Below are positions 41,758 to 57,548 of a stretch of DNA of 64,000 bases, piece after piece. How positions within the stretch are numbered: position 1 is the stretch's first letter; every line of letters starts with the position of its first letter. The notes under the pieces were generated by a model, which was not told the DNA's origin, made no database searches, and worked only from the letters and a program-made list of their open reading frames with translations. The position numbers were made by a program, and so were the translations under genes. The stretch lies in the NCBI RefSeq assembly GCF_009914755.1, contig NC_060935.1. One strand, written 5' to 3'. Origin of the DNA: the human T2T-CHM13v2.0 reference genome, Homo sapiens.

Positions 41758-44700
41758 GAGAGAGCAGACAACAAGGTAAGTGTTAGCCCACCCATTTCCT
41801 GCCACTTCCCACTTCCTTCTCTGTTTCTGTGAAACTTTTTTTCACACTCAAGTCATAGTGAACTCCTTGTCTTGCCCACAGAGAAGTCTTAAAACATTCC
41901 CCCAGCCAGCTGGTTGTCCTCTTTGTGTTCCTGTAGCCCAGTGCTATGAGAAATTAGTGCACAGGGTGCCATGGGAGACTCAACAAAGGCCATGCTGGGT
42001 GATAGAAATGGCAAGTAGAAAGCCATAGAGGCATGACAGAGACTGGCACATTCAGTGAATTGCAAGGAACTTGGCATAGCTGAAGTATAATGTAAGTGAT
42101 TGAGATTGAAGCTAAAGAGGTAGACAGGAGCTAATACTGAAAGGTCTCTTTTGCTAAGCTAAGGATCTTAACTTTCACATGCCCGCCTTGGAACATTCGT
42201 TCCAAAGAAAAACAAGAAGAGGGGAATATCTTTGCCATTGATTCACCTGTATAAGCACTGATGTTGAAATAACCTTATAACCACTGGTGCATATTCAGAG
42301 GAAAACAGGACCAAGGCGGTGCTAAGGAGGCAGTGCTGGAAGAAGAAATAAACACATTACAGTCAACCCTATAAATAATCAAGTAGTTCCAAAAGGACCT
42401 CTTTAAACAACTTTTTTCCTATCCTGTTATCATAAGACCTAACATTCTACCATCAGTGATATATTTATTAATTCTTATTAAAGGTATTATTGAGTTAAGA
42501 TGAGAAACAGGGGACATTAAGAGGAGGTAAAATCCTTTACTTCCAAATGTTGCTGTTCGCTGACGCTGGTGAATAGCCATGTGACAATGAAACCCAACCA
42601 AAAATTGAGGAGCCAAAATAATAGAAGATGGGTGAAGATGAGGAGGAAAAGCCTTCATTGGAAGAGCAAGCTGACTCCCCCATGAGGTGAGAAGTCAGGA
42701 GGCTACTGCTGCTGGTAATATCTCCCTTACAACTGTTGATGCAGACAATCTGGCTGGGTAGGGAGTGAACTATCCCAATAGGCTGTTAAGAAGAGCTGAC
42801 AGTTTAAGGGGATGGAACAGCATGTAACTGATACTACTGCATGGAGAGCAAAATGTGTTGGCCGCCTAATGTGAGTCTTCCTCGCCACCACTGCTCCTAC
42901 ATTCCCGTTCCCCAGAGCAGGTTGAGCCTCACTTGCCAAAGGAAGCAGGGGTGGGAAGATGGTTGGCCTCATGCCCACTTGGATATCTGCTGGGAGAATT
43001 GTGCACATGCTGCTAAGTGCCCAGTGGCACCCAGGGTTCCCTTTTACATTATTAATTACCCTGAAATTCAGCCACATGGTCCCTCTGCCTGCCTGGACCA
43101 GTGCTTGATGACAGCTGCCATTGGAAACTGACTGTGCTCCAAGAGCCCCCAAGTTCCATCCTCACCCTCTCAGCGAGGGTCCTCCCAAGCCAGTGAGGAG
43201 AATGCGCATCTGTGTGTGTGGGTACCTGTGTGTACTTGGCTTTATGCATTTATCTCTCGGTTCCAGGCACAGCTTTGCATGTATATGTGTATACGTACTT
43301 GGAGATTGTGTATGTGGGTGTGGATTCATGCTCATATCTGAGGGCATTTCTTGATTATTGGTGATGATTTTGGAATGAACCTGGTGGATGTTTTAAGATT
43401 TCTTGAGGATCCAGAAGTATTTCCATCTTAATGTGAAGAAACACAGGAATAGTAAATAATAACTATTTTATCTTTTCTGAAAGAGGAGGGGCAAAATTTT
43501 CAGAAAGTTATTTCTGGAAATTAGAGCAAAGAGGAAAAAAAGTGAGATTGAAGATATTCTGAGAAAGTTTTGAGTTGGGATCACCTCACCCTCCCTACAC
43601 AAATTTCTCACATTCCCCTTTTTCTGATTTTGTTTTGGAAGGAAGGTATTGAAATGGGTATTTGTGCAGTGTATAATTTTACACACACACTCTCATGTGA
43701 CTGTATACACATGTATGCATTAGCATGCTCATTCAGTACATGCAATGTGCGAGGTATTTTGCTAGAAAGTTCGGGAAGTGCAAATGTAGTTTTCCATTCA
43801 CCCTCAGAGATCTCCAACTCTATTAATGACAAAAAAATTAGCAGAAAGCAGTGAGTGTTAGAAGCCAAATGGCTGCTATGATCATCATGTAGCAAAGAAG
43901 TTCAGAGGTGGAGGGATTCACTCCCTCTGCAGCCAGGGCAGGCTATAAGGAGGAGCTGGAACGTGAGACCAGTCTTGAAGATGAGGTGGCTCTTCCTATC
44001 TGAGTATGTTGCAGGAAATAATGGGAAAGAGCAAACCAATAACAGATGGGGCCAAGTGACGAAGCTCCCAGAAAGCCACAATATTCTTATGCCCGTTGTC
44101 CCTATAGTGAAAGAGTGAATCATCTGCTAATATAGTATGGGTCCACTCCCTTGGAGCCCAGCTTTCTTCTCTAACTTCATAAAGAGATCTCATCCTGACT
44201 TCATAAGAGGGTTTCATTTTCACTTCACAGGGGAAGCTCATTCCAACTTTTCCTCTTTGCAGCTGTAGGACTGAAGAGCCAATCAAAGCAGAGGGATGAA
44301 TAGATCGAAGTTACTGCCCATTCAAGATGATTGATTGATTGAACAAGTCACCCTTTGATTAGTTCCACTCATTTAACAAAACGTGCATTAACCATTTACA
44401 AATTGTCCTGCAATAAGCTAGGCACTGCCCTCAAAATGTTTAGGAAAGGAGAAGTCATATAAAGTCAACAGCACACACAGTGGAATTATGATATGTACAG
44501 GATGGTCTTGGAAGTCCTGAGGGAAAGTTAAAGACAACTGGAAATTTAGGATGACTTTATGGAGGATAAACTCCAGTGGAGTCTATTGTCTTGCTAAGTT
44601 TTGAAGGAAAAGTAGGCATTAACTTGAGGAAGGAGAAACTGTGTGGAGGATGGTAAACTTGTATTTGCAAACACCATGCCAATTTAATAGCCTTTGTGCT

Positions 44701-45069
44701 TATAGGGAGAATTTCTAGAGGATATCACTTCAGGTTTGTCTCCTGGACACATTAATTTAATGCTATCAAATCTGATGGTTTAGCTCACAGTACCAAATAG
44801 CACTGAGATAAAATTTAATAATTTTAAAAATTATTAAAAATTAATTTATAAAAGATTAATTTATAAAATGTGATGGGATCTAGAATAGTTTCAAAAACTA
44901 AAACCACTGTTGTTTGTGTTTAAGTGTTTAGCTGGTAAAACACAGAGTTTAATATGGTCATTTGTGATAAATTTGGATATAAAATTGAAGACAGATGGTA
45001 AGAATTATTTTTTAAATAGTCCTTGAAAAACATTTTTAACTTTTAGATCATATTAACAAAAACTAAGAA

Positions 45070-45317
45070 GTGTGAGCAATGTATGTGTGTTTAGAGGCAG
45101 AAGGTGTGTGAGCAATGTATGTGTGCTTAGAGGAAGAAGGTGTGTGAGCAATGTATGTGTGCTTAGAGGAAGAAGGTGTGTGAGCAATGTATGTGTGCTT
45201 AGAGGAAGAAGGTGTGTGAGCAATGTATGTGTGCTTAGAGGAAGAAGGTGTGTGAGCAATGTATGTGTGCTTAGAGGAAGAAGGTGTGTGAGCAATGTAT
45301 GTGTGCTTAGAGGAAGA
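45070..45317. repeat. 36-bp minisatellite, 7 copies
   Basis: Unit GTGTGTGAGCAATGTATGTGTGCTTAGAGGAAGAAG; AGCAAT recurs at 45075, 45111, 45147, 45183, 45219, 45255 and 45291. Confidence 0.98.
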
Positions 45318-45855
45318 TGGTTCACAAAAGCATGCTAAACCATTCTTGAATGAGTATATCAAAGAAAAAAGTCAAAATTATAGTCACAGTATATTTATAA
45401 TGTGATCACAATGAAAATTGTTGACCAAAACTTGTAGAATATAGCCAAAGTTCTAATTAGAAACAAATTGATAGCCTAACATCATTTAGTTGTTAAGAAT
45501 AGATAATTATTCATGTCAAATAGTTAGAAAAATGAAATTAACCCAAGGAAGGCAGAGGAATAAAATAGCAAAGAAAATAGTAAAGATAGCAACAGAAATA
45601 AATGAATTTGAAACAGAAAAAAAAAATCAGTAGGAGTAATATGTAAATCCTCTAACATAGAAAATTAAGAGAAATTTTAACAAGAAAATAAAGAAAAAAC
45701 ACATCATATTTAAAACAAATGAATAACAAAGTGTTAATGTACATAATGTTAATGAAAATGTTATATGAAACTTCCTGCTACTTTGTAAAACGTAATAAAA
45801 AGATAAATCTCTAGGGAATTTACAAATTACCAAAGTTGATTCAAGAAGAAATGGA

Positions 45856-46719
<864 letters not shown>

Positions 46720-47618
46720 AAGAATTGGAAATTTTGAGCCAAAGAAATAATATGACCAACATTTTCAAAGAATCATTATAGAATTATTTTATCGGATAAA
46801 AAATTAGACAGTTTCACTGATGAGTTTTTTAAACATTGAAAGTAATGTAAAATGTAAACATTTCCATAATAGAGAAAAATATTCAACATGTCTGAATTCA
46901 TTTACTAAGATAATATAAGACTGATAAGAAAACCTTTTCTATAATGCACACAACAATACTGTGGAATAGCCTTATTTAAGAATGTGGATACAAAAAGTTA
47001 AAATAAGACACTCATAAAGGCATGGTAAAAAGAAAAACAAAAGCAAACCCATTTTGACATAGAAGAGTATATTCTTGAATAAAATAATTCACATTTATTA
47101 AAGTACTGTGTCTCTCAGTAAGTCAAAATGAAGAAAGGCCACATGATTATGTCAATAGTTGTGATAGAATTTAGTATCTAGTATTGAAAAAGTAAATTAC
47201 AGTGAAGTAGGACAAGCAATATTCTTTCTTAATATGAACAAAAGTTTATATCTTAAATGAATTATAATTATCAAGCTCATTAATAAAACTGGTGGAGGTG
47301 GGAGAAAAGATGCTTACATATGAAACGGAATCAAGAAGTTAAATTATTTGCAAGGGATAAACTAAATATTCACAATTTTCAGAACACTTGATACTTTATT
47401 TTCAGAATCTCTAGTAGACAATAATAGTGAACTGAAAAAAATATCAGAATGAATTAGTGTTAAATCAAGTGGTGGATGACAAAGTACATATATGATATTC
47501 AATTACTTTTCTACTGTAAATATTTAGAAAATATAATGGATAAAACTAAGATAGATAAAAATGTAATAGATTTATAAGAACATAAGAATATAATAAACAT
47601 AAGAATATAATGAAAATA

Positions 47619-47990
<372 letters not shown>

Positions 47991-50241
47991 TCAATAAAAT
48001 ATAAAAAAATTAAACATATGAAAATCTAAACATAAACTGGGAAAACATGTAAATAGGGTGTTCTCCAAAGAGGAAATCAAATGCTTATTCCATTTTATTA
48101 GAATTAAAAGAAAATCAAATAATGAAATACTATTTACACCTGTGAAAGTGTTCAAAATACACTTCATTTTGAAAAGAATTTTAGAAAATTACTTTCATGC
48201 ATTATTTGTTATAATGGAAAGGTACTGACTTTCTAGAAAGAGATTTGTCAATAGTTATCAAGAACAATAGAGAAGTTTCTGCCACTTGGCCTGATAATTC
48301 CACTTGTAAGAACATGTCCTCAGAAAATTATAAGAATCACTTAAGAATATTTTGGATAAACTATTCATCATTAATTTATTTATAATAGCAAAATATTAGA
48401 AGCAAACAAAATGTCCTACAATAAGCAGGTGGGATGAAAAAATTGTGATATTTCCACATAAGAACAGGACAAATAGTGTTTGCATAGAGTAATGACATGG
48501 GAGAATGTTCATTATATAATCTATTTGCAGTGAGACAAAGAGAAAAGCTAGGAGGAAACACACTGAAATATTAACAGTTGTAAATCTCTGTCATGAGATT
48601 ACAAAATATTTTGAAATTATCTTTACACTTTTCTTCATTTTCTAAAGTTGCAAGAACCTCAGTTGGGCAAAAAGCATGAATGAAAAGAACAATATTCGTG
48701 ATTGTTTTATTTTTCCCAGGATCAAACATGACTGTCATAGCATCCATGTTATGGCTAGCTTATTTGTGTGGCCTTTCATTCTGCTTTTCAATTCTTATTT
48801 TATAATTTTTAGCTGATACCCTCTCCACCCCCAACAGGATTTGTTTCAATACTTTCTGAAATATGCAGAGATGAAACAGAGACAAATGGGAAGAAATGTC
48901 ACAAAGGTTATCCACACTCGGTTCTCTTTGATTTGAGCCCAGACCATGTCCAGAATGCAGACTTGGCCCCTTTCCCTCTGAGGTTAGACTTGTTCTGATG
49001 TGTCTGATTAAACTGCTCAACAGAGAGTGCCTGGGAGCCAGTGACTGGCCAACCTCCTGGGAGCTACAGCCATTCTCATCCATATAAGAGTGCCAGGAGA
49101 AAAGAACTGACATTTGAGAGTCAGAGTAGGTGTGGCAAATCCTACTACATCTTCATTCTCCACTTCCATGACCAGACCGTGCTTGAAATCTGAATATGCT
49201 TAATGTCTAATGGGCTAAGTAGGAGAGCCTTTTATTCCCTGAAACTCCTTTGGCTACAGAGCCATCTTTAGGGAGGTCATTTCTCCATAAAGTTTTCTTT
49301 AAATCTTTTTAATTTTAATATATTAAAATTGAATTTTAGTAATAAAAATTTCAAGAAGAGATCCACAAAACAACCTTAAACTTCCCTTAAAATTTTCTCA
49401 CGAGAATTTTTTTAAAAAAGGATCCATTTATGAAATACTTAACATAATGTTACACTGATAAATCTGAAGAAGTGTTAGTCATTACAGAATCATTCTCTCA
49501 ACTCGGAACAAAAAACTTCATGGAATTACTGTGCTTTTAACTCAAAGTGTTGGGTGTGTGGAATTTCATGCACCTTTGTGGTGTCGTGCCAACCAGGGGA
49601 GCCGCTTCTGATAACAATTTTGTTAAATTGTGGGTTTCAGCTCTATCAGGTTGATAAATGGCAGTCAATTTTATAAGACCTTTCTCGGTTAGAGAAAGGA
49701 TTAAGGTATGTCCAGGAATGTTTTAAACATTTAATGTAAAGTTACATTTCATACTGAGGATTAATTAGAAGCTGTGTTATAGAAATTTTTTTTCACCCTC
49801 ATAGGAAGAGAGGTAATGCTGAATTATTTACATATGAAAGTTAAGTTTCTTTGGAAGACAGAATTTAACAGTGTAGCAATTCTTGGAATTAATGCTGAAG
49901 GGGAATTATGACCTGTTGTCTGTAAGTGTGCTTGTGTGAGACTGCACATGTGTCTATGTACATGTGAGATTCATTTGTTGTTGCGGCAAGCATAAACCAA
50001 ACAGTAATAGCTCTTCCCATTAACAGGTGGGGTCACATTCTATCAGAGTTGACTGGGTACAGAAAGTTATGGAGTGAACACTAAGTCCGTGCTTTGGTTT
50101 CAACTTGAGTTTCAGCATCATAGCTGCCCTTCTTCTTCTCTCTTTTCCTCCCTTCCTCCCTCCCTTTCTTCCTCCCTTCATAATCTACTGTGTTGTTATA
50201 TAATATATATTATTTATATATACACATACACACACTCAAGC

Positions 50242-50342
50242 TTATTTATGCTATATGTATATATAGCATATGTATATATATACATATATATGCTATATAC
50301 ATATATACATATATATGCTATATGTATATATAGCATAAATAA
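50242..50342. repeat. AT-rich palindromic repeat
   Basis: Outer arms TTATTTATGCTATAT / ATATAGCATAAATAA are exact reverse complements; the 24-mer TATGCTATATGTATATATAGCATA occurs at 50247 and 50314. Confidence 0.85.
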
Positions 50343-50744
50343 AAAACTCAAAAGCAATGCTAAAGCCACATGGGTAACTAGTTGGTTTTATGCTAATAGA
50401 TTTCCTATTTATTTTACTTTCTATATTGACTTGGTCTCCTGATTTTTCTCTATGATATTTAGAAAAAAGAATTTTTTTATTGTATGGTCCTATGTTTTAA
50501 ATTTTCTCTCTCTCTCTCAAAAAAAAAGAATGACTTTGAGTTGCATGAGCAAAAAAATAGTAGCACTATATGGGTTTATGAAAGTCTAAAATTCTCTTTC
50601 TCTTTTCAGATAAGGAACCTGAATCTCAAAGCAAAAGAAAATGCTATATTCTTTTTCAAATACATTTTGTCCAGAAGATATCCTAAAGCTGTTGGGAATC
50701 TCAGGATATCATCTTCCATTCTGTTTGTACTCAGTTGAACACAT

Positions 50745-51176
50745 TGTATTATTTCTGTTCATGCTTGCTGCTATAACAGACAAACCCAAAATTACATTAA
50801 TGGCTCATATGTGAAATTTACTTTTTTCTTAGGTAAAGCATAAAATAGGTGTTCCTGATTGATGGAAAGCTGTCTTCCACAGGGTGATTCAGGGCCCAGA
50901 TTTCTTTCATCATCAACACTTGGCTTCCCAAACAGTCATTATTCATCTACACTGAGCTAACAGAAGAAGAAAGAACATGAAGAATGGTACGTGAGGGATA
51001 TTGGAAGTACAAGCATTGGAGTGAAGCCCATCACTTATGTTTAGATTCCACTGGCTAGAGCTCAGTCACACAGCCATGCCCAACTAAAAAGGAAGGTGGG
51101 GATACGTGTAGTCTAGCTATGTGACCAGGATAAAGAGGAATCAGGCTTGGCGAACAGCTGGTCATTCTCTACCACA
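50745..51176 (-). mobile_element. MaLR solo LTR (MLT1J-like)
   Basis: TG...CA termini with exact TSD CACAT (50740-50744 / 51177-51181); ATTCCACTGGCTAGAGCTCAGTCACA motif. Confidence 0.8.
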
Positions 51177-51849
51177 CACATGTTCAATAGTCAGAATGTG
51201 GTAGAAAGTGCTTTCTACTTTTTTTTTCTATGTTGTCTCAACTTAAAAGTTTCACTTGCTTAGCACTTTCCAAGGTTATTTTGCTTTATGAGCAAATACA
51301 TTGGAGTATGATAGGGAACAAGATTCATCTAATTAGAAAAGTGTGAATCGGGACAAAAGCTCTGTACAACACAAAAGTATCTCAATAAGTAGAAATCTTT
51401 TTTGCATCCATTCAAATAAAAGGCTAGAATCTAATGATAGATTCTCTAATGATGTAACAATCAGCATCTGGATATATCTATCCTGGGATTAAAGCTACCC
51501 AGCTAAAAAGAACAGGAGAATGTAGTGAGTAAGAAGAGGAGCATCATTCCGCCCAGAAGACCTGCAGGAGCACTGTAAACTTGAAACCTTGCTCCAGTTG
51601 CTGTGCCAGCTAAGATCCAGTAATGTTGACAACCATCATCATTGTAGTATAATAATGATAGCACCACCAGGGTTAAAAATTGAAAGACCAAGCAAAGTTG
51701 ACTCTCTATTCCAAAACCAATATTATTTTCTTCTATCACTTTGCTCTAGTTGGACAAACTGATTTATAAGTTATAGCCTCTGAGCCTCAATTAATTTCAC
51801 TTAGGGCATTTTCACAGTTGTACAATGTTTGAATTAAGACATTTCTTTT

Positions 51850-52090
51850 CTTCTGAAATTGAATTGCATGTTAACTGGTTATTGGCTGATGCTGGTGTGC
51901 ACACAATTACAGATAAGAGCATTGATCTGGCAAGAAAACAAATTGGCTCTTAAAAGAGGGCAGTTTGGATTTGACAGCTGCAGATGATTAGGTGTCTCTC
52001 TAATGGACACTGTATATTACCATCAGAGGTGTTAAAGATCTGTAAATTCCTCCTTTCAGCTGCGTATTTTTACCAAACAGGGTTGCTTAG
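51850..52090. promoter_or_regulatory. Candidate conserved developmental enhancer
   Basis: Non-repetitive; clustered TGACAG (MEIS/TGIF), CAGCTG/CAGATG E-boxes, TAAT/ATTA cores, AGATAA and TTGGC half-sites. Motif evidence only. Confidence 0.3.
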
Positions 52091-53777
52091 ATCTGCCTGT
52101 CTCCTCCAGTGAATAGCTGAATCTAATGATAGGAAATAGTCTCCAAAATTATCTGGATGGCTGGTGAGTTACTATACCCAGATCAAGCCCTGAGATGGGC
52201 AGAAGTAATGAGGAGAAGCTTCTTGGTTCAATCAAATAACTTTAGAAGTGAGGTTGATTTCAAGTACAAATGCCTAACAGGCAAGAGTCATAAGCCACCT
52301 CACCCAAGCATGACAAAGTACTTTCCCAGGATGCTAGACCATCAAGAGTGTAACCCAGAGATCTTACTCTATTTGGAAGAACCCAGGTTGTGGCCATCTG
52401 GGCTGGAGGATATCTAATTCAATGTATAGTTAGGTGGCTTGCCCAGAAGTTGGTTTGCTGGCTTTTAAGAACTTGATCTGAGTTCAAGCATTTTTGGGGA
52501 GAATGATTCAGGGCTGGTCCCATCCAGTGATCTCAATATAGAGAGGATCACTTGCTACCTTGTCATGAACATCAACAGCTTGACCTCTGCACTCCTTCTC
52601 TATCCTACTCAAGGTAGGAGGCCTTTGGTGAATAGCTGAGTACTGCCAATCAGATATCCTAACTGCCCCTGGTAGAAGAAACATTGGGTAGGTTCCTTTT
52701 ATTTTAAGAGTTATCTATATGACACCTCCAGTGTAAGATGATCTTATTGTGGAAACCTTTCTATCCCCAGGGGAGTGATAAGCAATATTCTCTTTAAGAG
52801 CTTCAGGTCAAAGTCCAGATTCCCAGCTCTGGATACATCTAAAGAAGCCTATTATGTTCCAGGGGTCAAGCTTTCAGGTCTTGCCCCATTGAGAAGATAA
52901 TAAAAAAGCACTTGCAGTTGGATTTTATTCATCATTTATATAATCACTGAAATTACAGATGAAATAGGTCGTTATGTCATCGAGGCTCTCTGGCTAACCA
53001 GTGTATGTGTATTTTCTCTTTTATAACATCCCATAAAAGCATCCTACACAGGGTTGGACTGTAATAATCTCTTGGCCATTTGTGGCAAGTGCAAACTATT
53101 CCAAATCAGGTAAGTTTCTGCTTGATTCCCATCTGGAAGACTTTTGACATTGCTCAGTTTGAGCGGCCGTGCCTTCTGCTTCATCTTCCATACTTCTGTG
53201 ATGCCAGCATAGCCAGCCAGCTCTGCTTGGACAGTAGTATAGGAACCCTGTTATTGTAGGGTGATGGAAGCCATGGTGGTTCCCTGGTCATGTTGGAGCA
53301 GTGTTTGTCAAGCAGGACTATGTGGGAACTTACAGTGGAGTGGGAAGGGTTGGTGCTGGAGACTTATTCTTGGGAAGTCAAAAGCTCTTTATGAGAAATT
53401 TGCAAAGTTATATTTTCATTTTGATAATCTTTAAGACATGTATGAGAATATTCTGGAGCAACTGGAAGACCTTCTCATAAAAATACTGCCATGTGATTTC
53501 AATGCCCCAGATGCATTTGCTTTAGGGCCGACTGGTACCACTTTAATGGTCTCACTAATGCAAAAGGGCTGAATTAGAATTCATTTGCTCCTCAGTGAAG
53601 ACCAAAGAACATCAAAGTGTGCTGCAGAAATGGTGGGTTGTCATAATTTCCATAAAGAGATGCACTGAGGGGAGGGAGTCATTGGCACAGCAATGATAGC
53701 AGAGGCCACCTCAACACAAAAGTAAGTGCATAACAACCCTGGGAATAATATGTGCATTTGGAGTATTGAAGAGATTA

Positions 53778-54361
<584 letters not shown>

Positions 54362-57209
54362 TAGTTTTGTTTGTGTATAAATTGCAAATTAGTTTTGACT
54401 GTACTGCATAAGGGCTATCTGCATAAGGAGTTTATACCTATCTTGATGGTTACATATATTTAAGAAACATTAAAACTAAAAAAAATTGAAGTCAACAGGG
54501 GGCTTCATTAGAATTGTTTTTCTCTAAAAAGACATCTATATACTATTCAAGTTGAAGAAATACTGCTTTATAGGATTACACGTGTTTTTCTGGGGCAACT
54601 GTACCCAATCTATTTAGCTCTCCAAGGGCTAGCTGTCCACGAAAGTCATGATTTTCTAAGTTTAGTAACTTGTGGGGCCAAAGTAGAGTTGACCATAATT
54701 AAGAAGAAGAAAACTAGATGCTCTTTCAGTTTCACTTTTCCTTGGAGGATGTTCTGGCCATATCACTCAAGCAACATTTTCTATGGACCTCTCTGAGCAA
54801 CTGTCCACAAATGTTATGTACTAAGAAAAATACAGCAATTGTACAAGCTCTTCCTATATACTTCCTCTTGTCCTTTAATGAAAGGAAGGGGCTCTGTATT
54901 TGTTGCCATGGATTTTGATAATAATCGGTCTCATAGACGGTGTTCAAGAGGTTGAATGAAAGGATAAACCCAGATCAATTATACATGAGATAGTTATGTA
55001 TTATCAACCGGTTGGTTGATTAAAGAACTATACGGTAGGATGGAAGAGATCCTCCAGAGGAGTCTTTGGAAAGCTCTCTGATTCATAGTCTTTGAGTGAG
55101 ATTCTCAGGGACCTGGTATGTATTAAGCTCCTTCCTTCATTTTTGCAGAGCAGAAGAAATATAGTCCACTAAGTCTCTTAGGCAAATGCTTAACTGTTTC
55201 TGGTAGGAATCCCCTGACATGTCGGAGTAGATAGGTTTAGAGCAAGTGAGCCATCTGGGGATTTATCTAGGCACTTGGAATAAAATAATGAGCAGGAAGG
55301 TGCTTGCGAGAATTGTTGAGAAAGAATCATGGCTGCAACACAGAGGAGGGGAGGAGGAGGCAGATGGGGTAGGCCAGAGTCTGAGAAGGATTGCATTAAC
55401 TCACTCTATTGTGTGTTCTCTGTCTTGGATCTCAGAGATAAGATATAAAAAATTGATTGTGACTGGGATGCCAGGGACAGGCACACTCATTCTGGTTCTT
55501 CCTTGCTATCAAAAGTGACATGGTGTGAAGGATAACTGCCTCATTTTATTTTAAATAAGTGTCTTTGCTTCCACTGAGTACTCAGCTCTGGGTGGGAGAG
55601 GACATCCATCCAGTGAGCCATAGCCAGTAGGTGGGTGCTGGGGGCACCTGAATGAAGAGGTTGCACTTGAGTTGCACTCTGATCTGACAGGAAGCAGATA
55701 GAGCTTTGTCTCCAACCTGGAAAATATCTTTGGACAACTCATTTTTCCTTTTAATGCCTCAATTTTTTAACCTGTAAAATAAAGGCAGAGATACTTCTTA
55801 CTTCTGGAACTATTATTGGGATATGTCTGTCCTCAAATTGTTTTTAAAAGAAAAGGGCGCATGCAGTTCTTTCTTCACTATCCAGTTACGGACTATCTAC
55901 AGCCTGTCCTCTTGGGCTATTCCCCATCTCATCATCTGCCTTTGGGAATATTATGAAACAGGTTTACTTTTCTGGCATTTCACTGATACACTCAGGAATT
56001 TCCTTATTTCAAAGAACAATGGAATTGATGTTTAAAGAAGTGGAAAGTTAACTTCCTTTGTATCCCACATACCATGAGACTTTAGATTTATTACTTATTT
56101 TCATTGAGCTTCTATTTCCTCATTTATAAATTGGGACAATCTAAAGATGCTTAGAGAGTTGTTGAAAGTAACAGGTGTAAATGCAGTGTGTGAACCGTAA
56201 ATGTAAAGGGCCATTCAAATGCCAGGTACCAACATCTAGTAGTTAATTGAGCAAAGTATTACTCAGAACCATCACATCAGGAAGTATTTGTATCATTAGG
56301 GTCTTTATGACATCATCTTTGCTGCTCCTTGCTTTTGTGCTTTCCATTAGAAGGTAGACTTTTTGAAGAAGTCACATCCTACATGTCTTTGTATGAAATC
56401 TTGTCAGGAACATAAGAAATGCTTAATAAATACTTGGTGAATAAAGAAACAGATTTATTCTCTGGGTTAGCAGAAGGAAGAACTAAGATTCACGAGTGGG
56501 GTGATTAGTGTAAAGAGCTAACAGGTGGAACAGCTCAACTGTGTAGTGGGTGGTTTGACAAGGTGGGAAGCTCCCCAGTCATTAGAAGTGTTCAAGTAGA
56601 AATTGACTGTTAGGGCTGATGCAGGTGAGATTCCTGAATGGGCTAGGAGACCTTGAAGGTCTTTTCTGTGAATCTCTGGAAGTAGAAAAGAACACTGCTA
56701 AATACTTAGATAACTATCCAGGCATGATTCCTTCCACTAATACCCAGAGATAGTCAAATACTACAATGCCTATATTTCGCAGGCTGTGAGAGTGCTGGGG
56801 CAGGGGGAACTTCTGAACCACTTACTGGTGTGTGGCTTTTGATGCATCCTTGTGTGTAGTATTTGAGCAAAGCTATTCTCATCAGGTCTAGTATTTCAAA
56901 ACAAAGGCAAAATAAATGGACGTGTATGAGTGCTTGATGGCGTGACCTTCATGTGGTAATGGTTAAAATCTGTGTGTAATGGAATCTTCCAACCCATGAA
57001 CTTGGGTGTAGATGGGCTGAATATTGCCGAGGAGCATACAGAAGGCACTGGGCATTTGAGCAAGCTTTCTTCTTTATCACTTCTGTAGGTTGGCTGGACA
57101 CTCCTGTTCTATATTCTTCTGTGGAGCCAGCCTCAAATGTTGGTAAAACAGATGAGTGCCTATAGGATGAGACTCGGAAAGTGGAAATGGCTCCTCTTGC
57201 CTCTAAATA

Positions 57210-57548
57210 CAGTCATATGTTATGTAACAATGGGGATATATTCTGAAAAATGCATCTTTAGGTGATTTTATCAGCGTGAACATCAGAGTGTACTTATGCA
57301 AACCTAGATGGTACAGCCTACTACACACCTGGAGTATAGCCTGTTGTGCTCCTAAGCCACAAACATGTGCAGCATGTTTTTGTACTGAGTATTGCAGGCA
57401 ATCATAACACAGTGGTATTTGTGTATCTGAACAGATCCAAATATAGAAAAGGTACATTAAAATAAGATATTGTTGTCTTATGGGATCACCATCATATAGG
57501 CTTTTGTTCACCATTGTTGAACAAAAGTTTGTTATGTGGCATATGCTA
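57210..57548. mobile_element. Tigger3a/MER7-like DNA transposon fossil
   Basis: TA|CAGTCAT...TAACAATGGGGATATATTCTGAAAAATGCATC; AAACCTAGATGGTACAGCCTACTACACACC; TTATGGGATCACCATCATATA. Confidence 0.85.

Noticed and set aside
45070-45317. 36-bp repeat array resembling a CRISPR repeat length, with repetitive ORFs on both strands
   Set aside because: Units are head-to-tail with no unique spacers, there are no cas genes, and the context is primate. It is a minisatellite and the ORFs follow from the 36-bp period.
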